From Mobula hypostoma (taxonomy: Eukaryota), in contig NC_086109.1 of assembly GCF_963921235.1 (NCBI RefSeq), forward strand, positions 29,018,001 through 29,078,000: a stretch of 60,000 nt of DNA. The letters are read 5' to 3'. Position 1 is the first letter of the stretch. Each line of letters begins with the position of its first letter. The translations under genes and the position numbers were made by a program. The notes beneath the pieces are model-generated. The model ran no database searches and was not told where the DNA came from. It saw only the letters and a list, made by a program, of their open reading frames with translations. This document shows, piece after piece, positions 25,001 to 37,325 of the stretch.

Positions 25001-25797
25001 GGGGGTACAATGATTAGTAAAGTGGCAATTAGAATTATTAAGGGAGAGGTGAAAAGGTAAATGGAAGCAAGTGCAAATGGGGGAGACCTAGTCAGAGAAA
25101 TGTCTGCATAGTGGGTGGATGGAACTGTTAAGGAATTTCAGACATGGGACATCTTTTAGGAGTATGGGATAAGGATAGCAGTATTGACACAAACAAGAAC
25201 AAACAAATTTTCAAAGAACCTGCTGAAATGTGAAGTACAAACAGTAATCAGTTTTGAAATTATAAGTTATCTACAGAGCACAGGCAGCTGGCCCAAAGCA
25301 GGTGGCTGGCTGCTGAAGAGAAGCTGTTTTCAAAGTGATAGTGGCCGTGAGACGTTCTCGTCAACATCAGCCGAACATAAGACTATGTTAGTACTTAAGT
25401 GTATTTTATTACCCAACAGCAAGCAAGACCCTACATCCTACTTTTAAAGATCAAGGAGAGCTACAAAACCAGACTAAATTTTGTTACTTAGCATAAAAAA
25501 CATGGTCCAAAGTCATATTTGTTCTATCAATAATTGGGATATTTGTATTCCTAGAGAGTCAGCCCTCACCACATTAATTTTGATTGTCTGGTTCCCTATC
25601 CTCAGAAGTTTTTAGACCATCTGTCTGCCTTAGTTGGTCCCAACAAAGGAGTATGAATCCACAGAGGTGTCTTAGCTGTTATAATATGCTCCCACTTTGA
25701 CAATACACTTCAGTGAAACCAGTTATCAGACACATAATATTGAAGATAGTGAAATTGTATTCAACTGTCGAGTATTACCATTGTCTTTAATAGTATA

Positions 25798-25845
25798 CAG
25801 TACTATGTAAAAAGTCTTAGGCACACACACATATATATGTGTGTG

Positions 25846-25899
<54 letters not shown>

Positions 25900-25935
25900 T
25901 ATAGCTAGGGTGCCTAAGATTTTTGCGCCGCACTG
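25798..25935. mobile_element. Tc1/mariner-type mini-MITE with internal (TA)n expansion
   Basis: TA|cagtactatgtaaaaagtcttaggcac...gtgcctaagatttttgcgccgcactg|TA. Confidence 0.8.
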
Positions 25936-26525
25936 TAACAATTTTATGTATACAAATCTGCTGAAAATACTTCAGTGAAGTACATTGAGATGTGAAGATA
26001 TAAGTGAGAAGTGCTTGAAGTGCTTGTAGGAACTAGAGAGTGATGGAGGGATGAGACCAGATAGGGATTTAGGAAAAAGATAAAACGTAGGAAAGCAAGT
26101 AACCGATGGTCCAGGAGCCAATGTAGGTCAATTGCAGCAGGACGAATGAAACAGTGCATGTTGAGTATGGAGGAATGAGATCAACTTCACAGCTGATTTA
26201 AAATGGCAGCTCCTCCACGAAGGCTCTGGAATAGTTGAGTTGAGAGATAGTGGGTTTCAACAGCTGATTAATTGAAGCAATAGAGCAAGCTGGCAATGTA
26301 ATCAATAATGACATACACTCAATGGCCACTTTAATGGTTGCACCTATGCACCTGCTTGTTTGGGTTTGAGTATTTGATCCTCCACAATATTCCGAGTGGG
26401 AATTTAAACTGGAGGTGGCAGTGTTTTTTTTATGAGGTAGAGTTGTGAGCTCGACATCAACCTGGCACGGATGGAGAGTGCGCTCGGGAGTGATCTGTCA
26501 CTGGATCGAACTTGGGAACCTCCGT

Positions 26526-27542
26526 AAGGTATTGGTGTGGGTGGAGAATTGGTTAGCAGACAGGAAGCAAAGAGTGGGAATAAACGGGACCTTTTCAGAA
26601 TGGCAGGCGGTGACTAGTGGGGTACCGCAAGGCTCAGTGCTGGGACCCCAGTTGTTTACAATATATATTAATGACTTGGATGAGGGAATTAAATGCAGCA
26701 TCTCCAAGTTTGCGGATGACACGAAGCTGGGTGGCAGTGTTAGCAGTGAGGAGGATGCTAAGAGGATGCAGGGTGACTTGGATAGGTTGGGTGAGTGGGC
26801 AAACTCATGGCAGATGCAATTTAATGTGGATAAATGTGAAGTTATCCACTTTGGTGGCAAAAATAGGAAAACAGATTATTATCTGAATGGTGGCCGATTA
26901 GGAAAAGGGGAGGTGCAACGAGACCTGGGTGTCATTATACACCAGTCATTGAAAGTGGGCATGCAGGTACAGCAGGCGGTGAAAAAGGCGAACGGTATGC
27001 TGGCATTTATAGCGAGAGGATTCGAGTACAGGAGCAGGGAGGTACTACTGCAGTTGTACAAGGCCTTGGTGAGACCACACCTGGAGTATTGTGTGCAGTT
27101 TTGGTCCCCTAATCTGAGGAAAGACATCTTTGCCATAGAGGGAGTACAAAGAAGGTTCACCAGATTGATTCCTGGGATGGCAGGTCTTTCATATGAAGAA
27201 AGACTGGATGAACTGGGCTTGTACTCGTTGGAATTTAGAAGATTGAGGGGGGATCTGATTGAAACGTATAAGATCCTAAAGGGATTGGACAGGCTAGATG
27301 CAGGAAGATTGTTCCCGATGTTGGGGAGGTCTAGAACGAGGGGTCACAGTTTGAGGATAGAGGGGAAGCCTTTTAGGACCGAGGTTAGGAAAAACTTCTT
27401 CACACAGAGAGTGGTGAATCTGTGGAATTCTCTGCCACAGCAAACTGTTGAGGCCAGTTCATTAGCTATGTTTAAAAGGAAGTTAGATATGTCCCTTGTG
27501 GCTACAGGGGTCAGGGGGTATGGAGGGAAGGCTGGGTTCTGA
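26526..27542 (+). CDS. CR1 ORF2 reverse transcriptase C-terminal part (uninterrupted but truncated; no native start)
   Basis: [71 protein letters not shown]; no stops or frameshifts. Confidence 0.85.
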   Translation, partial: KVLVWVENWLADRKQRVGINGTFSEWQAVTSGVPQGSVLGPQLFTIYINDLDEGIKCSISKFADDTKLGGSVSSEEDAKRMQGDLDRLGEWANSWQMQFNVDKCEVIHFGGKNRKTDYYLNGGRLGKGEVQRDLGVIIHQSLKVGMQVQQAVKKANGMLAFIARGFEYRSREVLLQLYKALVRPHLEYCVQFWSPNLRKDIFAIEGVQRRFTRLIPGMAGLSYEERLDELGLYSLEFRRLRGDLIETYKILKGLDRLDAGRLFPMLGRSRTRGHSLRIEGKPFRTEVRKNFFTQRVVNLWNSLPQQTVEASSLAMFKRKLDMSLVATGVRGYGGKAGF

Positions 27543-27645
27543 GTTGGATGATCAGCCATGATCATAATAAATGGCGGTGCAGGCTCGAAGGGCCGAATGG
27601 CCTACTCCTGCACCTATTTTCTATGTTTCTATGTTTCTATGTTTC
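26526..27645 (+). mobile_element. Young 5'-truncated CR1 LINE
   Basis: Open RT frame, 3' UTR and (ttctatgt)n tail. Confidence 0.96.
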
Positions 27646-28532
27646 TCGAGACCGGCACTGATCTCACTGGGCCACCAGCTGACCTGCAAATATCTAATCA
27701 GCCAATCATGTGGCAGCAACTCAATGCATAAAAGCATGCAGACATGGTCAAGAGGTTCAGTTGTTATTCAGACCAAACATCAGAATGGAGAAGAAATGTG
27801 GTCTAAGTGACTTTAACTGTGGAATGATTGTTGGTGCCAGATGCGGTGGTATGAGTATCTCTGAAACTGCTGATTTCCTGGAATATTCATGCATGACAGT
27901 CTCCAGAGTTTACAGAGAATGGTGTCTAAAACAACAAAAAAATACATTCAGTCCTTTGTCCTGTGGGTGAAATGCCTTGTTACTGAAAGCAGTCAGAGTA
28001 GAATGGCCAGACTGGTTCAAGCTGAAAGGAAGAGGACAGTAGCTCAAATATCGATGCATTATAACAGTGGAGCACAGAAGAGCATCTCTGAATGCATAAC
28101 ACATCCAGCCTTGAAGTGGATAGGATACAGCAACAGAAGGCCACTGACATACACTCAGTGGCCACTTTATTAAGTACAGGAGTTTTCTAATAAAGTGGCC
28201 ACTGTGTATATATTGCTGGATAAATAGGCAGTTCCTGAGAACAATAGAAAGCCAGCTGGCAGTAAGTCAGCTCAGGGTTAATTCAGACATTCAGGTTGGT
28301 AACGATATATCTCAGATTGAGAAAGAGGCCATGAGGGACAATAAATCTATGGGGATGGAATGGAACTTGTGACAGAGTCTGAGGACTAAGGATCCTCCCA
28401 ATGTTAATAGGAGAAAGGTGAAGCTCAAGCAGACTAAATGTCAACAACCAACATAACAACATGGAGACAATGGAGAGAGGCCATGATGGGACTAAACTCG
28501 GTCAGTGTTAATAATATATCTGAGTTATTCAT

Positions 28533-28665
28533 CTTAATGAAGTATCTTGTTCTGAAACATCGACTACTGAATCCCCTCCATAGATACTGCCTGATTTGCT
28601 GAGTTCATTCAGCATTTTCGGAGTGTTGCTCAAGATTTTCAGCTTCTGCAAAATCTCTTGTGTCT
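28533..28665 (+). mobile_element. Penelope-like terminus fragment with degenerate hammerhead
   Basis: taatgaagtatcttgttctgaaacatcgact...gatactgcctgatttgctgagttcattcagcatttt. Confidence 0.6.
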
Positions 28666-30083
28666 ACAAGTAGCCATCCACACTAATCCTACACCTCTCC
28701 TGTTTTATTTTTCCAGCATTCACATCAACTGCCTCCCGATTCCACCATTTACTACACATTGGGAACAAATTTGCATTTGCCCATTAAACTATCAATCTGA
28801 ACCTCATTAGGGCCTGGGAGGGAAAAGGAGTATCTGCAGGGAACTATGCAATTACAGAAACAACATTCAAACTTAACATGGATAATACGTGAGGACGGAA
28901 CTGAACCCAGGATGCTAGAGCAGAGTCACAGCTTGATTATGTACCTTGAATTGAAAGCGGGCTGTATTTATAGGAATTACATAGATAGAAAAGTTACATT
29001 TTTGATCTTATTTTTTACTATGACCACGAGACCACACTACTGCAATGGTGTTAATTCTACCAGATGTATTTAGTTTCTTGTTTGCTGACAAGAAAATAAA
29101 TTGCATTGAACGCTATAATTTAATTTTTGAATATTTGTATCTTTGAATGCTTGTAATAATATGTTGATTTTTATTTCTTTATCTCTTTAGTTTTGACTTT
29201 GATAATAACCATTATCTTAATTGCATGTGAATCAATGGTTTTAAAGGAAGATATTTAGGTAAACAAACTATTGACAATTGCAGGTAGGTGCTATACAATA
29301 CCAGATGTGCTACATGATACATTTTCCAGCTGCTAAAATGCATTTTTGAGCTAAACATCTGGAGGAATGGCAGATTCCTTGAAAATACAACAAACAGAGA
29401 AATAAATCTTTAATATGAGTTTAATATTCCAATTGCTCTTAAAATGTGGAATTAACAAGAATAATGAAAGATTATGTTGAATACAACATTCTCAAAAGAT
29501 CATTCATAGCATGCAACTTCATTAGAGAATGCAAATGCTATTGAGTGACCGTTTGCAGATCTGGGTCAAATGAGTTTCAGAGAATATGATGCATTATAGT
29601 AAAATATGAATGTGAATAACAAGAAAAGTTTTAAGTCTAAACTTTGGGCAAATGGGAAGTTGTTTTCAGTTTATGTTACAACCAACAAAACTGGTGCATA
29701 AAACTCACAGACACTAAAGCAGGAAAAGGTTACCACATCCTGTGATAAAAACGATTAAGTTTGTAAATAAGGTGCCACTTGAATGTTGTCTTGATTTTGA
29801 GATTTCTGCAAAGATAGTCACTTTTCAGTTATGTACTATTTGTTGAAACTTGTTAACACCCTAAAACTTGGCAACTCCTCAAGCCTTGTTTAACTGGCAT
29901 GGTCACATATTTCTTCATAAATAATGTACAGGTTACTACATGAGTTAGGTTACAAATTAAAATCATTCCATTACCAGTTCTACCACATTGCTTTTACATT
30001 TGGACAAAGAAGTGAAGAAATTCATATCCTAAATCTAATTTCCAACTGATGATTCAAGTCAGGCAGCCTCTATGGAGGAAAAT

Positions 30084-30655
30084 AAGTTCAAGTTAAGTTT
30101 AATTGTCATTCAACCATACACAGGAATACAGACAATCAAAACAACATTCCTCTAGGGCCAAGGTATAAAACACAGTACCGACAACACATATAGCACCCAT
30201 AATTATGATAGCAGAAAGACATACAGTTACAAAATATATACATATAGCCTATGTCCCTGTATATCATTTCCTGTAGATTGATGGTGCATGGATATTGTCC
30301 TGGAGCCATGTTTCTGCAGAACAAGCCCATGGCAGTTCCTCATCTCAAGCAAGTGCAGCTGCAGATGAATGCAATCCAGCTTGTCTTCCTGGGAGCAAGC
30401 ATTAGAGGGCAGAAGTGACAGGACGTGGCCAGCCCGCAACCCAGCTAATAAGCCAGTGAATTGCAGAGTTCTACATTACCAATGTCCAATAGGATCTTGC
30501 ATCGCAATAAAAACATCCAAGACAATCACCTTCACTGTCTATTTGATCGTGCAGCACCTCCATGCGTCGCTATCTTCCCTTTATGGATGAAGCAGCCTGC
30601 AACACATTGCGCAACAGGACCAGCTCCACCACTATCCAGAAACTCACTAGTGGGG
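30084..30655 (-). mobile_element. Internally deleted Rex1-type element
   Basis: QEDKLDCIHLQL...EMRNC.GLVL endonuclease start fused to a 3' tail (...aattaaacttaacttgaactt). Confidence 0.65.
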
Positions 30656-30744
30656 TAAATCTGTGATCATGAAAAAGATGTAAAAAACATAGAATTACAC
30701 CTTTATTTTGGACACAGAGAGGCCACACATCCGAGTGCGCCACC

Positions 30745-31925
30745 ATCTTACTAGATAATAAGAAACTGTAAATGGTTTGGGCTGAGAATATTTATCAAGA
30801 ATGCAGGGGGCTGCAGCCAGAATAAGAAAGCTGGAGGGGGAAGCAGGGGAGTACCGGTGATAGGTGAACCCAGGATGATGGCAAAGGATGGTGTGTGAGG
30901 AAGTGGGGTGATGTAAGAAACTGGGCAGTGATAGGCTCAAGAGGTAATGGCCTGAAGAATAAAGAATTTAATAGGAGAGGACAATGGACCATGGAAGTAT
31001 GGAAAGGAGGATGGCAACCAGAGGGAGGTGATGGGCAGTGATTATTGGCAGAGAAGATGAAGAGGAGGGGTGAGAAGGGAAACAATAGGGAATGGAAAAA
31101 GAAAGAAGAGGATTGGGGAGAAAAAGAGAGTAATTACCAGAAGTTAGAGAAATCATTGTCAATGCCATAAGATTGGAAGCTACTCAGATGACACCATGAG
31201 GTGTTGCTCCTCTAGCCTGAGCTTAGCCTAATCTTGGCAACAGAGGAGGCCATGGACAGACATGTTGGTGTAGGAATGAGATGTTGAATTGAAATAGGTG
31301 ACCGCTGAGAGATCCTGCCTTTTGTGGCAGACAGAATGCTCAAAGAAGTGGTCTCCCAAACTCATCAATATAGAGGGAGCCCCAGCAGAAGCACCGAATA
31401 CAATAGATAACCCTGAAAGACTCACAGGTGAAAGATTGCCTCACCTGTCTAGGCGTGTCTAGGATCTGAATGGTAGTGAGGGAGGAGGAGCAGAGGCAGG
31501 TGTATCACTGTTCTAAGGATAGTGCCGGGAGGGAGATCAGTGTGGAGGAAAGAATGGACGAGACATTCACGTAGAGAGCAATCAGAATCAGAATCAGAAT
31601 TAGAATCAGGTTTTATTATCACTGACATTTGTTATTTTGAACAGCAGTACAGTGCAAGGAATTAAAAAATTACTATAATTCAGAAAGATAAATACATAAA
31701 AAATGTTGTGAAAATTGTATATTATGAAAAGTGGAGAGGGTATGAAAGGGTGAAAGATGGTGTTGAGTGGTAGGATCCCATTGTAGATGACAGATGTGGC
31801 ACAGAATGATGGATATGGAGCCTCATGGGGTGTTAGTACGTTTGTAAATGACAAGGGGTGTCCTTTCCCTGTAACAACGGTAGAGAGATGGAGTGATGGC
31901 AAAAGTGCTGGGAACAGGGTATCTC
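30745..31925 (-). mobile_element. Decayed Penelope-like element (GIY-YIG endonuclease region and terminus), split by a Rex tail at about 31581-31735
   Basis: LGDHFFEHSVC...YFNSTSHSYTNMSVHGLLCCQD; colinear with 50180-50650. Confidence 0.8.
31581..31735 (-). mobile_element. Rex1-type 3' tail with (ATCAGA)n repeat
   Basis: atcagaatcagaatcagaattagaatcaggttttattatc. Confidence 0.7.
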
Positions 31926-32354
31926 TGATGTTCTAGAATGGAAAGCTTCATCTTGAGAGAAGGTGCAGTGGAGATGGAGAAACTGAGAGAAGGGAATAGC
32001 ACTTTTACAAGTAACAAAGTAGAAAGGTGCACTCTCTTATCAAGTGTTCTTATGAAATGGACAAACAGATGGCTACTTGATTTTTGTCATGAACCCAAAG
32101 GGATGAAGGGCCTATTTCATTTCATGAATTTCAACAATTTGTCCAATGTCACATGTAATTTTCCAAGGTAAATATCAGTGAATTGAACAAAATGCTCCAG
32201 GTCAACTTAAGCAAACCTAATCTGTGCATAACACAGCTCCCCATGTGTAATTCCCCATTCCCTCTCCGACTCACAATCTCACCTCTGTTTAGCCTTTAAT
32301 ACCATTCCAGGGACACTCAATGCAGGCTACAAAACAGAGAGAAAATTTTAAAAA

Positions 32355-32522
32355 TGAACTGCAGATGATGGAAATCAAAAATAAAACAGATAATGGAAAA
32401 AATACTCAGCAGATCAGGCCACAACTGTCGGAGGAGGAGCAAAGTTAACTTTTCAGGGGTAAAATTTGAAATATTAAATTATTTTCTTTTCCCACTGATG
32501 CAGCCTTACCTGTTGAGTAATC
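32355..32522. mobile_element. Fold-back pair of old Penelope-like termini
   Basis: aatactcagcagatcaggcc...aagttaacttttcagg mirrored by tttgaaatattaaatt...gatgcagccttacctgttgagta. Confidence 0.55.
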
Positions 32523-32609
32523 TAATGTGTCCTGCTCTATCATTCTCTAGAATGGTCTAAAATAGCTTTGTTTTCAATCTCCTATAAGTATTAAAAATGT
32601 AAAAAGATA

Positions 32610-33427
32610 CGGTTGATTCTGATTAATTGAGACACATTGGGACCGATACATTTTGGCCCAATTAAGCAGCTGCCCCAATTAGCTGAACTTTCATGGAAAT
32701 AGTTAAAGCAGTATAAAAAAGACAAACTATGGTTTAACTGAGTAACAAATTATGTATTTAAATGAAATACAGAATAAATTAGAACACTATCAATACTACT
32801 ACGGTACTATAAAACTCTGTAAAGTTCGTAGTAGTAAGGGTGGTGGAACTTATCCAATGTAAACTAGTGCTTTCTTTTGATTGACTGTAAATGAACAAAA
32901 TCAATGCAGACTCCTAATACTACCTTCATACAATGCTATTGATGAACACATCCTCCAGATTTTCATTTTTATTGTAATGTTCAAGATGATATTGGATACC
33001 TTCAAGTTCTTTGTAGTTTCTAACTTGTTGAAGTAGTGAAATCATTTAATTTTCACTCCAGCCATTTCTGACATCTCCAAGGCAGGATGCTTGAAACCGA
33101 CATGAGCAAAACAGTTCTGAATTGTTTTACTGCTTATTTATCGCCAACTATCATTGACAAAAATCACTACTTCTTGAACACAAGCTATATTTAAAAGCTG
33201 TTCCCTCTAAGCATGGTGTAGTGTCTAACGGCTACACAAGTGCGCATGTCTGATACTAGTTAGAAACTGTTTGGTAGCAGTCACCTGCCCCAATTAAGTG
33301 CCATTGTGTCCCAAGTAAACAAAGGGAATTCTGGCTATTTTCTTGATTAGTTTTTTCCTCTTTAAGAGTTGCCCCAAATAAGTGGCTGCCCTGATTACCC
33401 AATGGCCCAATTAACTGGAATCCACTG
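32610..33427. mobile_element. Tigger/pogo-like (Tc1/mariner superfamily) non-autonomous element
   Basis: TA|cggttgattctgattaattg ... caattaactggaatccactg|TA; repeated subterminal ccaatta motifs. Confidence 0.75.
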
Positions 33428-33451
33428 TATCACAATTATAACGGCCAATTT

Positions 33452-34006
33452 TCAGAATCAGAATCAGGCTTAATATTACTGGCATATGTCATATAATTTG
33501 TTGTCTTAGTGGCAGCAGTACAATGCAATACAGAATAACAGAGAAAAAACAGTGAATTACGGTAAATACATACATACATATATATATAAAATAGTTATTT
33601 AAAAAGTACTGCAAATTAAAATAAAGTAGTGAGGTAGTGTTCATGAGTTCAATGTCCATTCAGAAATTGGATGACAGAGGGGAAGAAGCTGTTCCTGAAT
33701 CATTGAGTGTGTGCTTTCAGACTTCTGTACCTCCTTCCTGGTGGTAGCAATGAGAAAAGGACACGTCCTAGGTGATGGGGGTCCTTAATGTTGGCTGCTG
33801 CCTTTTTGAGGCATGCTCCTCGAAGGTGTCCCGATACAACGGATGTTAATGCCCATGATGGAGCTGACTAAGTTGGCAACTTTCTGCAGCTTATTTCGAA
33901 CCCATGTAGTTGCCCCCATGTAGACAGTGATGCAGCCAGCTAGAATGCTCTCCAGCGTACATCTGCAGAACTTTGCAAGTGTCTTTGGTGACATACCAAA
34001 TCTCCA
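33452..34006 (-). mobile_element. Rex1/Babar 3' fragment
   Basis: MSPKTLAKFCRCTLESILAGCITV; (tctgat)n tail. Confidence 0.88.
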
Positions 34007-34358
34007 TGTCAGGAATGTTGTTTATCCGTGACTAATATTTACTAAACTATTAATATGGTACTATTAATAGGTTGTGAATGAAGATCATTGGCAACTTTTA
34101 ATGAGAAAATAGATACATTTTTGAAAGATCAGGATAGGGAGTTTCATGGGAACTGGCACAGTAGAATGAGACTGGAGACCTATCAGCAATAATCCAACTG
34201 TGTAGTGCAGAAGGCTTGAAGAGCTGAGTTGCTGACTCCTGCAATTACTTCCATATTTTTTCTGTAGTCCAGTAACTCGAGTCCAATTAGATGTTCTCCT
34301 TCAGGGATTGTCTATTTGTAGGTCCTCAGGTGGCTTTAGAGCCCAATCTGAGATCCAT

Positions 34359-35866
34359 ATCAGAATCAGAATCAAGTTTATTATCACCAGCATGTGTTGT
34401 GAAATTTACTAATTTAGCAGCAGCATTTCAATGCAATACATAATATGGAAGAAAAAATAATAATAAATAAATAAATTACGGTATATGTATATTGAATAGA
34501 TTAAAAATCATGCAAAAAACACATAAATAATATATATTTAAAAAGTGAGCTAGTGTTCAAGCATTCACTGTCCATTTAGGAATCAAACGGTAGAGGGGAA
34601 GAAGCTGTTCCTGAATCGCTGAGTGTGCACCTTCAGGCTTTTCTACCTCCCACCTGGTGGTAACAGTGAGAAAAGGGCATGCCCTGCGTGCTGGAGGCCC
34701 TTAATAATGGACACTGCCTTTCTGAGACACCACTCCTTGAAAATGTGCTGGGTACTTTGTAGTCTCATACCCAAGATGGAGCTGACTAAATTTGCAACCC
34801 TCTGTAGCTTCTTTTGGTCCTGTGCAGTAGCAACCCCCCCACATACCAGACAGTGATGCCGCCTGTCAGAATGTTCTCCATGGTACATCTATAGAAGTTT
34901 TTTGAGTGTATTTGTTGACAGCCAAATCTTTTCAAACTCCTAATGAAGTATAGTTGCTGGCTTGCCTTCTTTATAACTGCATTGATATGTTGGATCAAGG
35001 TTAGCTCCTCGGAGATCTTGACACCCAGGAACTTGAAACTGCTCGCTCTCTTCACTTCTGATCCCTCTATGAGGATTGGTATGTGTTCCTTTGTCTTACC
35101 CTTCCTGAAGTCCACAATCAACTCTTTCATCTTACTGTCATTGAGTGCCAGGTTGTTGCTGCAGCACCACTCATTAGTTCACATACCTTGCTCCTGTACG
35201 CCCTCTTGTCACTATCTGAGGTTCTACCTACAATGGTTGTATAATCAGTAAATTTATAGATGGTATTTGAACTATGCTTAGCCACACAGTCATGGGTATA
35301 GAGAGAGCAGATCGGTCAGCTAAGCACACAACCCTGAGGTGCACCAGTGTTGATCGTCAGCAAGGAGGAGATGTTATCACCAATCCGCACAGATTGTGGT
35401 CTTCCTGTTAGGAAGTCGATCTAATTGCAGAGAGAGGTCCAGGTTCTGTAACTCTCAATCAGAATTGTGAGAATGATGGTATTAAATTCTGAGCTATAGT
35501 TGATGAACAGTATCTTGACATAGGTGTTTGTGTTATCCAGGTGGTCTGAAGCCATGTGAAGAGCCATTGAGATTGCATCTGCCATCAACCTATTGTGGCA
35601 ACAGGCAAATTGCAATGGGTCCATATCCTTGCTAAGGCAGGAGTTCAGTCTAGTCATGATCAATCTCACAAAGCATTTCATCGTTGTAGATGTGAGTGCT
35701 ACCGAGCGATAGTCATTAAGGCAGCTCGCATTATTCTTCTTAGGCACTTGATATAATTGTTGCCTTTTTGAAGCAAGTGGGAACTTTTGCCCATAGCAGT
35801 GAGAGGTTGAAATTGTCTTTGGATACTCCTGCTAATTGGTTGGCACAGGTTTTCAGAGCCTTACCA
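34359..35866 (-). mobile_element. Rex1/Babar RT to 3' end, 5'-truncated
   Basis: CLNDYRSVALTSTTMKCF, DPLQFA, YVKILFINYSSEFNTI, KELIVDFRK, FKFLGVKISEEL. Confidence 0.92.
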
Positions 35867-35914
35867 TTTATTCTATCGTGACCTTCTGCCTTGTGAGGGT
35901 TCCCTTAATGGAGA

Positions 35915-36245
35915 AAGCCTGTGGGTGACTTTGTTTAACACAGAGAGACTGATGCACAGGCAGCCACCACTCGGTCCTTGGCAGATTGTGGTCAGAGTCC
36001 AGTGACATGGAATGCAAAACTATTGATGACTTTACACTGCTGCAGCCTTCCTCTACCCTCACTGCCATTTTGATGAGTCATTGTCTTCCTCCAGCTCCTC
36101 CGTTGAAGCCTTAATTGGAGCACTCTTTGTCCAGAACCTCACCCTTCACCATACCTCCATGCGTACCTCTCTTTGGAGTTTAACTCCAGACGACATCACT
36201 CTCACGGTCTCAGAAGGCTTTCCACTGCGACAAGGTGATGATCCT
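35915..36245 (-). mobile_element. RTE-related short element (BovB/Bov-A-like 5' head)
   Basis: Minus strand begins ggatcatcaccttgtcgcagtggaaagc, resembling the recalled RTE/BovB head ggatcactgccttgtcgtggcgaagggg. Confidence 0.5.
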
Positions 36246-36934
36246 TAGAGAAGATTTTTTTCTGTATACTGGGATAGACAACCAACTTATTTTTCCCTTT
36301 GGTAATTTTGAATGCATGTCTGCATTGTCTGTACAAGAACTCAAAAATATTCAGTACACTGAGGGGGAGGATGCTATTTCTGCTCAGCTATTATGTAGTC
36401 CAAATCAGACTACAATTTCTTTCATGTTTAAATATATGTGTATGTTCAGAGGAATTTGCCATGCAATTGAGCATAATAACAGTGGATCTCTTTACCTTTC
36501 TGTTATTTCCACAGCAAAATCAAACCCAATCTACAGTATATTTGTAAAGCGCTCACATTATCAGTCAAACAACTGCAAAAGATACTATTATCGCAAAATG
36601 TTCTTAAGCAATAATACTAATATGATATTTACAATTTCTTCTGCAAGGTTCTTTGGTTACCATCTGTGTAATTACTATTGATTGAGTATTGATATTAGTG
36701 CTAAGTCTTTGATTTGCAACTGTGATGATTTTTATTGCTTGTTCATTATAATCAATAATTAATTATTTTGTCTGTGACCTTCTGCTCAAAACTGGTCGAA
36801 CTTATACAATCAGTTGGTTTAATGTTTAAGTCATTAAATGAATTTTGTAGTTATCAAATGGATAAAGAAATAATATTTTGCCTGAGTCAGAAAGGTATCA
36901 CTGCCACAGGAGTAACAAGAAAATGTCAAAGATC

Positions 36935-37325
36935 AAGGAAAGTGTTGTGCTGTCAGAGGTATTATTGTATATTTTACATAAGACAATACACTGAAGCCCT
37001 ATCTGCCCTTCTTTTTATAGTTTAAGTAATTATAGCCCTTTGTTGTGGTTGGCCTAACTGTGCATAGGTCCAGTAGTGGGGACTTTGATTTAGTCTGGTA
37101 TCCTATAGCTGAAAGGAGAGACAGTAAATCATCCAAGAGTACCAGAGAAGGAGCAGGTGATATCCCCAGACATAAAAATCAAAAACTACCCCTCAACCAA
37201 CACATAAAACAAATGACCTGGTTAATTATTTTGTTGGAGATTACTGTGCACAAATTGTCAGCCATTTTTCCAACAATATAATATTTTGGGATACCCAGAT
37301 GTTTACCACATCAATGCAAGTCATT
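36935..37325 (+). mobile_element. Ancient Deu-domain SINE remnant (SacSINE1/AmnSINE1 superfamily)
   Basis: gaagccctatctgccct...gaaggagcagg...ccctcaaccaacac...ctgtgcacaaattgtcagcc, in the order recalled for the Deu domain. Confidence 0.5.

Larger units (their letters stand above)
26361..27683 (-). mobile_element. tRNA-derived SINE split by the young CR1
   Basis: Rejoined minus strand: ggtcagctggtggcccagtgag (A box)...ctcgagaaa|cggaggttcccaagttcgatcc (B box)...core...caaacccaaac tail. Confidence 0.75.
26316..28206 (+). mobile_element. Non-autonomous Tc1-like element carrying a transposase N-terminal HTH, interrupted at 26361-27683
   Basis: TA|cactcaatggccacttta ... taaagtggccactgtg|TA; extra TIR copy at 28152; MEKKCGLSDFNCGMIVGAR.GGMSISETADFLEYSCMTVSRVYREW. 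Confidence 0.85.

Noticed and set aside
26445..26525. N-terminal extension and start of the CR1 RT ORF
   Set aside because: This is antisense SINE sequence with a GTG start, not part of CR1
29191..29258. Candidate coding exon (strong acceptor and AG|gtaaac donor)
   Set aside because: All three frames contain a stop; no supporting neighbouring exons
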